Source: Myxococcota bacterium
GTDB lineage: Bacteria > Myxococcota > XYA12-FULL-58-9 > JALHOP01
Length of the DNA: 64,000 nt
Assembly: GCA_041288095.1 (NCBI GenBank)
Contig: JBGGMJ010000211.1
Location: forward strand, 1 to 64,000
Direction of reading: 5' to 3'
The notes beneath the pieces are model-generated. The model was not told where the DNA came from. It worked only from the letters and a program-made list of their open reading frames with translations, and searched no databases. Of the stretch, positions 29,715 through 39,703 are shown one piece after another; position 1 is the first letter of the stretch; every line of letters starts with the position of its first letter. A program made the position numbers and the translations under genes.

Positions 29715-30773
29715 TCAACGCACCGTGATTGGCAGCGGGAAGTTCTTGATGGGCGTGCCCTCTTTCGCCGGCCGGAAGGTCCAGGTCAGCATCGTCTTCT
29801 CGAAGCACGAGCGCAGCGTAGTGCGCATGATTTCGGGCGGGCCGACGACCTTCGGGTCGGTCGTGTTGCCGTTGGGGAGCACGTACCAGTTGAGCACGAA
29901 GGTGTGCTTGGCCGGTTGGATCTCCTTGTTTTCCCTGGCCGTCGTGACACACGGCCCGAGCTTTTCGACGTTCGCCTTCAGCCCCTTGGCGATGTCCTCT
30001 TTGCTCAAGGTCGCCGGCAGCGCGGTCGGGGCGGCCGGTTGGGGGGCGTTGGCGGGATCGAGGACCAGGCGGTAGCCGCGCTGGACCTCGGCGCGGTTGC
30101 GCGGGGGGAAGCGCCAGCGGCCGAGGAGACGCGCGAAGCACTCCGCCGCCGTCGAATAGGAGCTCTGCACGGGTCCGCTCACCGTGCCGCCGACCGTCGT
30201 ACCGTCGGCGCGGACCACCCAGTCGAGGAGCACGGGCTCGCCGCGGGCCGGCTGTTTCTCGGCATTCGACCACGCCCGCTCGGCGCATTGATGCAGCTCG
30301 AAGTCGTGGCCGGCGCGGGCCTTCTCGACCTCCGCGTCGGTGAAGGGCGTGCCCTTCGTAGCCTCGAGTGAACGCTCGCTCATCTTCGGGGCGGCCTTCT
30401 GGCAGATCCGAGCCAGCCCCTCGCCGACGAGGTTGAGCGGCGCCTTGACGTTGCCCGCCACGTCGAAGCGCTGTCCGGTGGAGAGGATCATGGTCAAGCT
30501 CGGCGGACCGCTCACCTCGGGTGTGAGCTGGGCCTCGAATACCATGTCCGCTTTGGCGTCGAGGACCGCTTCGGCGGCGCAGCGCAGGTCGGTGCATGGA
30601 GCGTCGAGCCTCGCGAGCGACAACCCGCAACCGCCGACGAGCAGCCCAGGGAGCTTGCTGCGGAGTTGCTGCGCCTCGGGCGTGTTGCCCTCGGGACCAA
30701 TGGCGATGACGCGCGGCGCCGCCTGCGCGGCTCCGGCGGAGAACAGAATCAGGACGGCGAGAACGGTTCGCAT
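29715..30773 (-). CDS. Exported protein with two AgmX/PglI (TonB C-terminal-like) domains
   Basis: Signal peptide; two units LxxC...WxVxxxG...C.....WxF. Confidence 0.65.
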   Translation of the reverse strand: MRTVLAVLILFSAGAAQAAPRVIAIGPEGNTPEAQQLRSKLPGLLVGGCGLSLARLDAPCTDLRCAAEAVLDAKADMVFEAQLTPEVSGPPSLTMILSTGQRFDVAGNVKAPLNLVGEGLARICQKAAPKMSERSLEATKGTPFTDAEVEKARAGHDFELHQCAERAWSNAEKQPARGEPVLLDWVVRADGTTVGGTVSGPVQSSYSTAAECFARLLGRWRFPPRNRAEVQRGYRLVLDPANAPQPAAPTALPATLSKEDIAKGLKANVEKLGPCVTTARENKEIQPAKHTFVLNWYVLPNGNTTDPKVVGPPEIMRTTLRSCFEKTMLTWTFRPAKEGTPIKNFPLPITVR

Positions 30774-30853
30774 GACGCCCCAACATATATCGCGGTTTGC
30801 CCCTCCCCCAAGGAGCGTGAGAGATCTTCGTCTGCCAGCAAAAGGAGGCGACC

Positions 30854-32245
30854 ATGAAACGCATCATCACCGGCGGTACCGTCGTCACCGCGAGCGACAC
30901 CTTCGCAGCCGACGTTCTCATCGAAGACGGGAAGATCACGGGCCTGCTCCTGCCCGGCGCCGGCCCCAAGGACGCCGAGGTCATCGACGCCGCGGGCTGC
31001 TACGTCATCCCCGGTGGCATCGACGTGCACACGCACCTCGACATGCCTTTCGGCGGCACCAACTCGATCGACGACTTCGAGTCCGGGACCGTGGCCGCTG
31101 CCTTCGGCGGCACCACAACGCTCGTCGACTTCGCCATTCAGGTGAAGGGCAGCTCCATGAAGCTGGCCCTCGATACTTGGCATGCCAAGGCCGAGGGTCG
31201 GACCATGATCGACTACGGCTTTCACATGATCGCGACCGATCTGGCGCCGCAGTATCTGTCCGAGATGGCGGACATCGTGCGCGAAGGCGTGACCAGCTTC
31301 AAGCTGTTCATGGCCTACCCTGGCGTTCTGCTCCTCGATGACCAATCGATCTTCCGCGGCATGCTGCGTGCCGGCGAAATCGGCGCCACCATCTGCATGC
31401 ACGCGGAGACAGGGTTGCCGATCGACGTCATGGTCGAGCGCGCCTTGGCCGCCGGCCACACGGCGCCGATCTACCACGCCCTCACCCGCCCCGAGGTCGC
31501 CGAGGCAACGGGGACGGAGCGCGCCATCGCTCTCGCCGAAATGGCCAAGGTGCCCGTCTATATCGTCCACTTGTCGGCGCAGCGCGCCCTCGAGCGCGTC
31601 ATGGAGGCCCGTGACCGTGGCCTACCCGCGTTCGCGGAGACCTGCCCGCAATACCTCTTCCTCTCGGAAGACGATCTGCGCGGCACACCCGACAATCCGT
31701 TCGAAGGCGCGAAGTACGTCTGCACACCGCCATTGCGACCAGCTCACCATCACGATCATTTGTGGCGCGGCTTGCGAAACTACGACCTGCAGGTCGTCGC
31801 GACCGACCATTGCCCGTTCTGCATGAAGGGCCAGAAAGAGCTCGGCAAGGACAACTTCGCCAAGATCCCGAACGGCATGCCCGGCGTCGAGACGCGCTTG
31901 CACTTGCTCTACGAAGGCGTGCGCCAGGGCCACATCGGCTTGAACCGCTTCGTCGAGATCTCCTCGACGGCGCCGGCCAAGATTTTCGGGATGTATCCGA
32001 AGAAGGGCACCATCGCGATCGGGTCCGATGCCGACGTCGTGGTATGGGATCCGAACAAGAAGTTCGAGCTCTCGCATAAGAATCTGCACATGAAGTCAGA
32101 CTATGCTGCGTACGAAGGTAAGGTGGTCACGGGGGCGCCGAAAACGGTGCTGTCGCGCGGGGAGACCGTGATCGCGGACACGACGCAGCTCGTAGGCAAG
32201 AAAGGTCGCGGCAAGTTCCTGCGACGAGGAGGATTGGGTGTCTGA
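30854..32245 (+). CDS. hydA: Dihydropyrimidinase (D-hydantoinase)
   Basis: PGGIDVHTH, FKLFMAY, HAE, ETCPQYL, TDHCPF, IPNGMPGVE; AGGAGG RBS. Confidence 0.97.
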   Translation: MKRIITGGTVVTASDTFAADVLIEDGKITGLLLPGAGPKDAEVIDAAGCYVIPGGIDVHTHLDMPFGGTNSIDDFESGTVAAAFGGTTTLVDFAIQVKGSSMKLALDTWHAKAEGRTMIDYGFHMIATDLAPQYLSEMADIVREGVTSFKLFMAYPGVLLLDDQSIFRGMLRAGEIGATICMHAETGLPIDVMVERALAAGHTAPIYHALTRPEVAEATGTERAIALAEMAKVPVYIVHLSAQRALERVMEARDRGLPAFAETCPQYLFLSEDDLRGTPDNPFEGAKYVCTPPLRPAHHHDHLWRGLRNYDLQVVATDHCPFCMKGQKELGKDNFAKIPNGMPGVETRLHLLYEGVRQGHIGLNRFVEISSTAPAKIFGMYPKKGTIAIGSDADVVVWDPNKKFELSHKNLHMKSDYAAYEGKVVTGAPKTVLSRGETVIADTTQLVGKKGRGKFLRRGGLGV

Positions 32246-33050
32246 AGCCAAGCGTTTCGCGGCTGGGTTGTTGCTGTGCACCTCGCTCATGGGCTGCGCC
32301 TCGTTGGCCGGCTCCCTGGCCGGTTCGTCGTCGCGGCGGCCGCTATCGGACTGCGCCAGAGGTCTCGTCGAGCGCGGATACTTGCGCGAGGACCAGACCG
32401 AAAAAGCAGACGAGTATTGCCGCGAATATTCTCCCGCCCAGCTCGCCGACGCGCAGCGGGCGGTCGACAACAAGCAGGCGTCGACGTTCTCCCAGGCACT
32501 GGCCCTCATCAAGCGCGACCCTCCCGTCGCCGAGCCGGCCCCCGTCGTCGTCGCGGCCACCCCCGAGCCGGTGCCGGCGCCCACGCCCGAGCCGACTCCC
32601 GAGCCTGCCCCTGCCCCAGCCCCAGCGGCCCCCGAGCCGGCACCAGCCGCTCCGGCGGATATTCTCGCCGTCGCTGGAGCGTATGAAGACCTCAGCACCT
32701 TTGTAGGCCTGCTGAACGAAGCCGGCATGACGGAGCTCATCAGCCAGCCCGGTCCGTTCACCCTCCTCGCCCCGACCAACGCGGCGCTCGCCAAGTTCCC
32801 GTACCTCGCCAAGAACAAGGAGCGCCTCAAGAAGGTGCTCGCCGTGCACATCATCGAGGGCGACGTGAATACCACCGAGGCCCCGGAAGCGCCGGCCAAG
32901 CCCAAGCGCCTGACGACGGTCGGGGGCAAGTGGTTCCCGATGCGCGCCAAGGGCGGTGTCGTATCGATCGGCCGCGCCAAGGTCGTGCGTGCCGACGTTG
33001 CCGCCGCCAACGGCAGCATCGAGGTCATCGACGCGGTGCTCATGCCGTAG
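32238..33050 (+). CDS. Fasciclin-domain lipoprotein
   Basis: Lipobox LMGC; Pro/Glu/Ala linker; GPFTLLAPTNAA..H...ADVAAANGSIEVIDAVL. Confidence 0.85.
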   Translation: MSEAKRFAAGLLLCTSLMGCASLAGSLAGSSSRRPLSDCARGLVERGYLREDQTEKADEYCREYSPAQLADAQRAVDNKQASTFSQALALIKRDPPVAEPAPVVVAATPEPVPAPTPEPTPEPAPAPAPAAPEPAPAAPADILAVAGAYEDLSTFVGLLNEAGMTELISQPGPFTLLAPTNAALAKFPYLAKNKERLKKVLAVHIIEGDVNTTEAPEAPAKPKRLTTVGGKWFPMRAKGGVVSIGRAKVVRADVAAANGSIEVIDAVLMP

Positions 33051-33066
33051 GCTCGGCCGGCCTCGC

Positions 33067-34608
33067 TCATCTGTACGCGATGGCGAAGTCCTCGGGTGAA
33101 ATGCTGACGCTGCCGTCGGCTGGGCGCTTCTGCTCGCCGTCGATGGTCTTGCGATAGTTCACGACGGTGCAGGTGCGGGTCACCGTGCCGGCGCCGTCGG
33201 GCGCGTCGATGACCGTTTGCAGACTGTAGAGGCAGACGACGTTGTCGCCGGCGATGGTCGTGCTCGTCGCCAGTGTCTCGACCAGGCGCACGTTCTCCAC
33301 TTCGAACGCGAAGCAGCTCGTGCCCGGGGTAGCGGCGCTGCGCGGTGTGCTCGGCGCCAGCGAGCTGTAGCCGTATGACCAGGCGTCGCCGGCCTCGGGA
33401 TAGATGGGGTTCGTGCCCGTGCGGATCTCCTGGGCGTCGTTGGTACCGTCCCGGTCCGTGTCCTGGGTCAGGGTGCGCGCATCCAGCGGATTGGTGCCGA
33501 CGTGCAGCTCGAGGTCATCGGGGAAACCGTCGCCGTCGGAGTCCGACGACGAGGGGTCGTACCCCAGCGACGCTTCGGCGCAGTCGAGCAGCCCGTCGCC
33601 ATCGCGGTCACCGCTGCCAATCTCCAGACACTGAGAGCGACACAAGCCATCGTTGGGCATCAGCTCGAGGTCGACGCGATCACTGCAGCCGTCGCGGTCG
33701 ACGTCCGCCTCTGTCGGGTTCGGATCGGCCGCATCGCGGATGCCGTCGAGGTCGCTGTCGGGCCAGAGTTGATCGTTCCAAACGACACGGCTCAGGTTCA
33801 CCAGGTAGAAGTCGCGCGACTCGAAGCGGCGCTTGATCTCGGTGAAGGTGATGTCGAAGTCGAGCTGGTCGTCTTGGAGCTCCTGAAACGTACCGCCGCC
33901 GATGTCCGCCATCGGCTCGAGGAACGCAGACGGGTCGCCGTATTGGCAACCGCTCACGAAGCCCTCGTAGGTGAGCCGCGTCGTGCTGAGCTTGAGCTGG
34001 AATGGATGCCAGGTGGCCGCGAGGCGCATCAGCGACTCGGTCGCCGCTTGAACGGACTCGATGGGGATGCACGGATTCGGCTCGCCGTCCGACAAGAACT
34101 GAACGTCGTAGCGTGTACGCGCGAGCTCGGATGCGGTGATCGAGCGCATGTCGTCCTCGAGGAACTGGACGCCCTCGCGCAGCGCTTCGATGTAGTTCGT
34201 GGCGTCGAGGTCGTCGCGCAGTGGCGGAATGCCGGTGGCGACGAGAGTCGCGACGTCCGACATGAACGTGGGCGTTACCCGCTCGGCTTCGGAGTGAAAG
34301 CGGACGATGCCGAACGAAATGCTCGGGTTGTTGCCGTACTCTTCGATCACTCGCTGCACGGCATCGGCGCGCCTGTCCAGCGGGTCGCTCGTCGCGTTAC
34401 TGCCCGAGACGTCGATGATGAACAGGATCTTGTACGGGAAGGTCACCGATGCCGGCTCGACGGTGCAAGCGTCGCCCTCGACGTGGACGACGTTGTCCTC
34501 GACCGGTGGCGGCGGGTCCATGCAGGGCATGACACAAAGCTCCGCATCCGTGCAGGCGTACACGTTCAGTGCAACCCAGATGAGGGGCAATAGGCCGCGT
34601 GAAGCCAT
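33067..34608 (-). CDS. VWA-domain lipoprotein with thrombospondin type 3-like repeats (MtsD/CglD-like)
   Basis: ILFIIDVSGS MIDAS motif, TNY, FLSDGEP, then DSDxDG repeats. Confidence 0.8.
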   Translation of the reverse strand: MASRGLLPLIWVALNVYACTDAELCVMPCMDPPPPVEDNVVHVEGDACTVEPASVTFPYKILFIIDVSGSNATSDPLDRRADAVQRVIEEYGNNPSISFGIVRFHSEAERVTPTFMSDVATLVATGIPPLRDDLDATNYIEALREGVQFLEDDMRSITASELARTRYDVQFLSDGEPNPCIPIESVQAATESLMRLAATWHPFQLKLSTTRLTYEGFVSGCQYGDPSAFLEPMADIGGGTFQELQDDQLDFDITFTEIKRRFESRDFYLVNLSRVVWNDQLWPDSDLDGIRDAADPNPTEADVDRDGCSDRVDLELMPNDGLCRSQCLEIGSGDRDGDGLLDCAEASLGYDPSSSDSDGDGFPDDLELHVGTNPLDARTLTQDTDRDGTNDAQEIRTGTNPIYPEAGDAWSYGYSSLAPSTPRSAATPGTSCFAFEVENVRLVETLATSTTIAGDNVVCLYSLQTVIDAPDGAGTVTRTCTVVNYRKTIDGEQKRPADGSVSISPEDFAIAYR

Positions 34609-34758
34609 GGGAATGGCGCTGCACACCGCGTACCACAGTGTGTGCTATCGCCTACCGTCGAAGACCCTCGAAATCATTGAGGGCGCCCACACCCGCCGGC
34701 GAGCGACATGTTGTCAGTGCTCACCACTTTCGCGGACAAACGACGTGCGCGCTCCCCA

Positions 34759-35157
34759 CTACCCGCGCCGGCTATCGACGCTCCAGATACCCGCTCCCCT
34801 GCACGCGATGTACAGGAAGATGAAGCAGAGCAGCAGCGCCGACAATCCCTGATTCGTGGTCGGGAAGAACTGGCTATTGAACTGGAACTTCCAGTGGAAC
34901 TGGATGTACGCGACCGCCATCTCACCGCTGCAGATGAACGCGGCGATGACGGTGAACAGCCCGATCATGACGAGCAGCCCGCCGATGACCTCGATGCAGC
35001 CGCCGAACCACATCTGCGAACCAACCTCCGCCACCGGGTACGACGGCATGAGGGGCACGAGCTTCGGAAGACCGGCGGTGACGAAGCAGAGGCCCGAGAC
35101 GATGCGCAGCACCGCGTACGCCTTGGCTTCGTGCGGCGAGAGGATTTTACCGAGCAT
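34759..35157 (-). CDS. DoxX family membrane protein
   Basis: LRIVSG, IEVIGGLLVMIGLFT..AAFICSGEMAVAY, GAGIWSVD. Confidence 0.9.
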   Translation of the reverse strand: MLGKILSPHEAKAYAVLRIVSGLCFVTAGLPKLVPLMPSYPVAEVGSQMWFGGCIEVIGGLLVMIGLFTVIAAFICSGEMAVAYIQFHWKFQFNSQFFPTTNQGLSALLLCFIFLYIACRGAGIWSVDSRRG

Positions 35158-35174
35158 GTCTTTTCTCCGGGTCC

Positions 35175-36047
35175 TTAGGTCTTTACGAGCTCGTCATAAG
35201 CCTCGGGACGGCGGTCCCTGAAGAATTGCCAGGTCTGACGGACTTCGTTGATCAGGTCGAGGTCGAGGTCGGCGACGATGACTTCGTCCTTGTCCTCGCT
35301 GCCCTCGGCCAAGATCTGACCGCGCGGGTTCACGAAGTAGCTGTGGCCGTAGAACTTACCGATGTTCCAGGGAGCCTCGGTACCGACGCGATTGATGGCG
35401 CCGACGTAGTAGCCGTTCGCCACCGCGTGTGCCGGCTGCTCGATCTTCCACAGGTACTGCGAGAGCCCGGCCACGGTCGCGGACGGATTGAAGACGATCT
35501 CGGCGCCGTTGAGTCCGAGGCAGCGCGCGCCCTCGGGGAAGTGTCTGTCATAGCAGATGTAGACGCCGATGGTCGCGTACTTGGTCTTGAAGACCGGATA
35601 GCCTCCGTCGCCGGGCTTGAAGAAGAACTTCTCCCAGAAGCCGCTGGTCTGCGGGATGTGCTGCTTGCGGTATTTGCCGAGATACTTGCCGTCGGCGTCG
35701 ATGACCGCCGCGGTGTTGTAGTAGACGCCGCGAATGTCCTCTTCGTAGATCGGCACGACGATGACCATGTCGTGCTTCTTGGCGAGGCCCTGCATGATCT
35801 CGGTCGTCGGACCCGGGCACTTCTCGGCTGCCGCGTACCAGCGCTTGTCCTGACTCGGGCAGAAGTACGGTCCGTTGAAGATCTCTTGCAGGCAGAGGAT
35901 CTTCACGCCCTTCTTCGCCGCCTCTTCGATCAGCGGGATGTGCTTGTCGAGCATCGCCTTCTGAATCTCGGCGACAGGCTTCGACTCGTCGTTGATCGGG
36001 TTTCCGCACTGAATGAGACCGCAACGCACGACCGACGTCTTGGACAT
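35175..36047 (-). CDS. pydC: Beta-ureidopropionase (nitrilase superfamily)
   Basis: CLQEIFNGPYFC, GKYRKQHIP, FWEKFFFKPG, ICYDRHFPEG (E-K-C triad); pathway context. Confidence 0.9.
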   Translation of the reverse strand: MSKTSVVRCGLIQCGNPINDESKPVAEIQKAMLDKHIPLIEEAAKKGVKILCLQEIFNGPYFCPSQDKRWYAAAEKCPGPTTEIMQGLAKKHDMVIVVPIYEEDIRGVYYNTAAVIDADGKYLGKYRKQHIPQTSGFWEKFFFKPGDGGYPVFKTKYATIGVYICYDRHFPEGARCLGLNGAEIVFNPSATVAGLSQYLWKIEQPAHAVANGYYVGAINRVGTEAPWNIGKFYGHSYFVNPRGQILAEGSEDKDEVIVADLDLDLINEVRQTWQFFRDRRPEAYDELVKT

Positions 36048-36066
36048 GAGGGGCTCCGGAATTCGA

Positions 36067-37617
36067 TTAGGGGGCCGTAGCTACCTGGGGCCGCCCTAGG
36101 TTGTAAAGTCCGCGTTTGCCAGCGTAGTAGACCGCGCCGGCCAGCAGGAACCCGGTGAACCAGGCGTAGACGTAGAGGCCGTCCCAGAAGGCCGGCACGC
36201 TCTCGACGGCATGGGTGCTGTGCAGGAAGCCCGGCACGTTGGGCACCACGCCAATGACTAGCGCCGCGATGGCGAGCCAGCTCACGCCGCGATAGCGGCC
36301 GGTCGTGCGGTAGAGATCGGGAACGTCGAGCTCGGTCTTTCGCAGCAACCAGTAGTCGACCACCATGATGCCGGCGATGGGCCCGAGCAGCGCCGAGTAG
36401 CCGATGAGCCAGTTGAAGATGTACGCATCAGCGGACGCGAGCAGCTTCCAGGGCAACATGAGGATGCCGAGGATGCCGGTGATCAACCCGCCCGTCTTGA
36501 ACGAGATGTGACGCGGCGCGAGGTTCGCGAAGTCGTTCGCCGGGCTCACCACGTTGGCGGCGATGTTCACGGACACCGTCGCGATGGCGACGCCGAGCAA
36601 GGCGATGATGGCGACGACGATGCGCACACCGGGGCTCGCGATGACCTGACTCGAGGGGCTCGTGAGCTGCGCCAGCAAGTGAATGGGGTCCCAGAGCTTG
36701 CTCACGTCGGTGCCGGCGAGAATTACCTGCGAGGCGCTGGTGATGACGACGCCCATGGCCGAGAAGGCAATCATCGTCGTCGGGAGCCCCAAGGCTTGCC
36801 CGAGCATCTGCTCGCGTTGGCCTTTGCCGAAGCGCGTGAAGTCGGGAATGTTGAGCGACAAGGTCGCCCAGAAACCAACCATGCCGGTGAGCGACGGCAC
36901 GAAGACCTTCCAGAATTCGCCGAGGGTCGCGAACTTCGAATCCTGGCTGAAGATCGGCCCGAGTCCGCCGGCGCGGACGAGCACCCACGCGAGCAGCATC
37001 GCCGCGAGCACGAGGACGATGGGCGCCGCCCAGTTCTCGAAGACGCGCACGGCGTTCATGCCCTTGTAGATGATCCAGATGTTGAGCGCCCAGAAGATGG
37101 CGAACGTGATAGCGGACGGAAGCGTCAGCCCTAGAACCTGGGCGCCGCCGCCGAGCTCGCCGTAGGCGGGCCAGAGCGATTCGAGGAAGGTGCGAACGGC
37201 CTCGCCGCCAATGTACGTCTGAATACCGAACCAGCCGCAGGCGACAATGGCGCGCAGCACGGCGGCGACGTTGGCGCCGATGGTGCCGAACGAGGCCCGC
37301 GCCAGCACCGGAAACGGGATGCCGTATTTGGTGCCCGGGTGCGCGTTCAAGAGGATGGGCGCGAGGACGACGAGGTTCCCTAGCGCGATGGTGAAGAGCG
37401 CTTGCCACCAGTTCATGCCGACCGCGATGAGGCCGCCGGCCATCATGTAGGTCGGGATGCAGTGTGCCATCGAGATCCAGAGGGCCGCGAAGTTGTAGGT
37501 CGTCCAGGTGCGGCGGGACGGCGGCGTTGGAGCCAGATCGGCGTTGAACAGCGGACTGTTCGCGACGTCCGGAGGGAGCATCGCGAGGACTTCTTGAGTG
37601 AGCTGGGCGTCGTGCAC
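36067..37617 (-). CDS. NCS1 nucleobase:cation symporter (uracil/pyrimidine permease)
   Basis: LWISMAHCIPTY, GTKYGIPFPV, WATLSLNIPDFTR, NIAANVVSP; about 12 TM. Confidence 0.95.
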   Translation of the reverse strand: MHDAQLTQEVLAMLPPDVANSPLFNADLAPTPPSRRTWTTYNFAALWISMAHCIPTYMMAGGLIAVGMNWWQALFTIALGNLVVLAPILLNAHPGTKYGIPFPVLARASFGTIGANVAAVLRAIVACGWFGIQTYIGGEAVRTFLESLWPAYGELGGGAQVLGLTLPSAITFAIFWALNIWIIYKGMNAVRVFENWAAPIVLVLAAMLLAWVLVRAGGLGPIFSQDSKFATLGEFWKVFVPSLTGMVGFWATLSLNIPDFTRFGKGQREQMLGQALGLPTTMIAFSAMGVVITSASQVILAGTDVSKLWDPIHLLAQLTSPSSQVIASPGVRIVVAIIALLGVAIATVSVNIAANVVSPANDFANLAPRHISFKTGGLITGILGILMLPWKLLASADAYIFNWLIGYSALLGPIAGIMVVDYWLLRKTELDVPDLYRTTGRYRGVSWLAIAALVIGVVPNVPGFLHSTHAVESVPAFWDGLYVYAWFTGFLLAGAVYYAGKRGLYNLGRPQVATAP

Positions 37618-37649
37618 GCGCGGCTTTTAGCGTTGTGACGCGGCAATCC

Positions 37650-37676
37650 GCAACTGCGGTCTGTCGCGACCGATAC
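37650..37676 (+). promoter_or_regulatory. sigma-28-like promoter
   Basis: GCAA-N15-ACCGATAC, 11 nt before ATG 37688. Confidence 0.7.
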
Positions 37677-37687
37677 ACGAGGCCAGC

Positions 37688-38125
37688 ATGGGCACAGTCG
37701 TGAGTTTCGTACGGGGTATCGAGGCCAGGGCCGAAGACGTCAGCCGGCGCGGCAAGCTCAACGCGGCGACCGTCACGTTGGACAGCGGCGCCGTCGTAGC
37801 GCAGCGCGCCACGGCCATCCGACCGCATGAGCATCGCCATATCGAGCTCATGGACCGCTACGGGGCAGTGACCAACGACGCGGACGTGAGCGGCGTTCCC
37901 CTGCGCGCCGCGCACGATGCTTGGCTTGCTTGCCGGGCGGCGCTGGTGGCCGTCGGCGTCGAAGCCGCGGGTGTCGTCAGCTATGCCGGCGAGTACGGTG
38001 ATTGCCGCAAGCTTGCCGTGACCGTCGACCAGCGGCTGGTCGGTCCCTTCTCGATCCTCGACGGCACGCAGCCGCGCGACAGAGGCGCCATCGAAGCCGA
38101 CTTGCGGCGACTGCTAGCGCACTAG
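37688..38125 (+). CDS. Orphan hypothetical protein (145 aa)
   Basis: ORF fills the intergenic space; no known domain. Confidence 0.6.
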   Translation: MGTVVSFVRGIEARAEDVSRRGKLNAATVTLDSGAVVAQRATAIRPHEHRHIELMDRYGAVTNDADVSGVPLRAAHDAWLACRAALVAVGVEAAGVVSYAGEYGDCRKLAVTVDQRLVGPFSILDGTQPRDRGAIEADLRRLLAH

Positions 38126-38130
38126 AGCTT

Positions 38131-38967
38131 TCACAGCTCCGCGGTAGCGAACGTATCGCAGGTCTTCGAGTCACCGGTCTCGACGCCCTTCTTGAACCAG
38201 CGAACGCGTTGCGCCGAGGTGCCGTGCGTGAAGCTGTCGGGTACGACCCGCCCGCGTGTCTCGCGTTGCAGGTTGTCGTCACCCACGGCGGAGGCGGCGT
38301 TCAGGCCTTCCTCGATGTCGCCAGCCTCGAGTAGTCCGTAGTCGCGGCCGGCATGATGCGCCCAGACGCCGGCGAGGCAGTCGGCTTGTAGCTCGGTGCG
38401 CACGCTGACGGCATTGCCGCGTGGGCCTTGGCGCGCCTGCGCCGTCTGCTCGAACACGCCGATGAGATTTTGCACGTGGTGCCCGACCTCGTGCGCGATG
38501 ACGTACGCCTCGGCGAAGTCGCCAGGAGCGTTGAAGCGGCGGGAGAGCTCTCGATAGAAGGCGAGGTCGAGATAGACCTGTTGATCGCGGGGACAATAGA
38601 ACGGGCCCATCGCGGATTCTCCCATGCCGCAGGCCGAGTCGACGGCGCCGTTGAAGAGCACGAGCTTGGGCTCGCGGTACCCATCGACCTGCTTGCTCCA
38701 CACGTCTTCGGTGCTGGCGAGCACCTTGGCGACGAATTGCTTGCCCGCGTCGTTCACCGGCGCGCTGGCGCTCGGGTCCTCGATGCCGGCGCTGGGCTCG
38801 TCGACCGGCTGGCCCTGAAGTATGTCCCGCGGATCGACACCGAGCAGCATCGAAATGACCGCGACGATGAGCGTGCCTCCGAGCCCTAGCCCTCCCAAGC
38901 GCATGCCGCGCCCCATGCCGCGCCGATCGACGACGTTACCGCTCTCCCGATAGCCCCCGAGCTTCAT
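38131..38967 (-). CDS. Neutral zinc metallopeptidase (YpfJ family)
   Basis: RESGNVVDRRG, GPFYCP.D..VYLDL, AHEVGHHVQ, ELQADCLAG, DSFTHGTS. Confidence 0.95.
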   Translation of the reverse strand: MKLGGYRESGNVVDRRGMGRGMRLGGLGLGGTLIVAVISMLLGVDPRDILQGQPVDEPSAGIEDPSASAPVNDAGKQFVAKVLASTEDVWSKQVDGYREPKLVLFNGAVDSACGMGESAMGPFYCPRDQQVYLDLAFYRELSRRFNAPGDFAEAYVIAHEVGHHVQNLIGVFEQTAQARQGPRGNAVSVRTELQADCLAGVWAHHAGRDYGLLEAGDIEEGLNAASAVGDDNLQRETRGRVVPDSFTHGTSAQRVRWFKKGVETGDSKTCDTFATAEL

Positions 38968-39019
38968 GTGCTCTCCCTGACAGGACACAGACTAACCATG
39001 CTGCTAGTTTCGCGCAGCA

Positions 39020-39703
39020 ATGAGCGTCCATCTCCTCGACCGGCCGGTTTGGAGCGCGCTGACCACGCGCTGGGCGTCGCTCGCGTTGGGCAAGCGCCCT
39101 GCCCTTCGACTGGCGCCGGAATACGGCCTGTTCGCCGCGACCGCCAACGACTCCCCGGACGCCCTGGCTGCTTTAGCGGACTTGGTCGCGCCCCGTGGCG
39201 AAACCTGGCTGGTCGAGATGCACGAGCCGCCGCCGCCACCACGGGTGAACGTCACTCGGCGCGTCGAGCTCTTTCAGATGATCGCCCCATCGCTGACACG
39301 AGCCGCCGTCGCCCCCGTGCCGTTCGTCGAGCTCGGTGACGCCGATGCAGCGGAGATGATCATGCTCGCCATGCTCACCAAGCCCGGCCCGTTCCTCCTG
39401 CGTACTCACCGGTTCGGCGGCTTCATCGGTGTCCGCGACAGCGGCCGGCTCGTCGCCATGGCAGGCACCCGCATGCGACTCCCAGGCTACTGCGAGGTCA
39501 GCGGCGTCTGCACCCATCCCGACTACCGCGGCCGTGGCTATGCCGGCGCTCTGATGCGCGTGGTCTGCCAGCGCATCCTCGACGCGGGCGAGACACCCAT
39601 CTTGCACACCTACGCGGCCAACAAGGGCGCGAACACGCTCTACGAGTCGCTGGGGTTCACGGTGCGCACGCCGGTGACGCTAACGGTGCTCACGAAGGGC
39701 TAG
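39020..39703 (+). CDS. GNAT acetyltransferase (FR47-like)
   Basis: LDRPVWSAL, TKPGPF, EVSGVCTHPDYRGRGYA, LYESLGF. Confidence 0.92.
   Translation: MSVHLLDRPVWSALTTRWASLALGKRPALRLAPEYGLFAATANDSPDALAALADLVAPRGETWLVEMHEPPPPPRVNVTRRVELFQMIAPSLTRAAVAPVPFVELGDADAAEMIMLAMLTKPGPFLLRTHRFGGFIGVRDSGRLVAMAGTRMRLPGYCEVSGVCTHPDYRGRGYAGALMRVVCQRILDAGETPILHTYAANKGANTLYESLGFTVRTPVTLTVLTKG

Noticed and set aside
32530..32660. Repetitive CCCGAGCC/GCCCC tract as a DNA repeat or CRISPR
   Set aside because: It encodes the Pro-Glu-Ala linker of the fasciclin protein; no repeat-spacer structure
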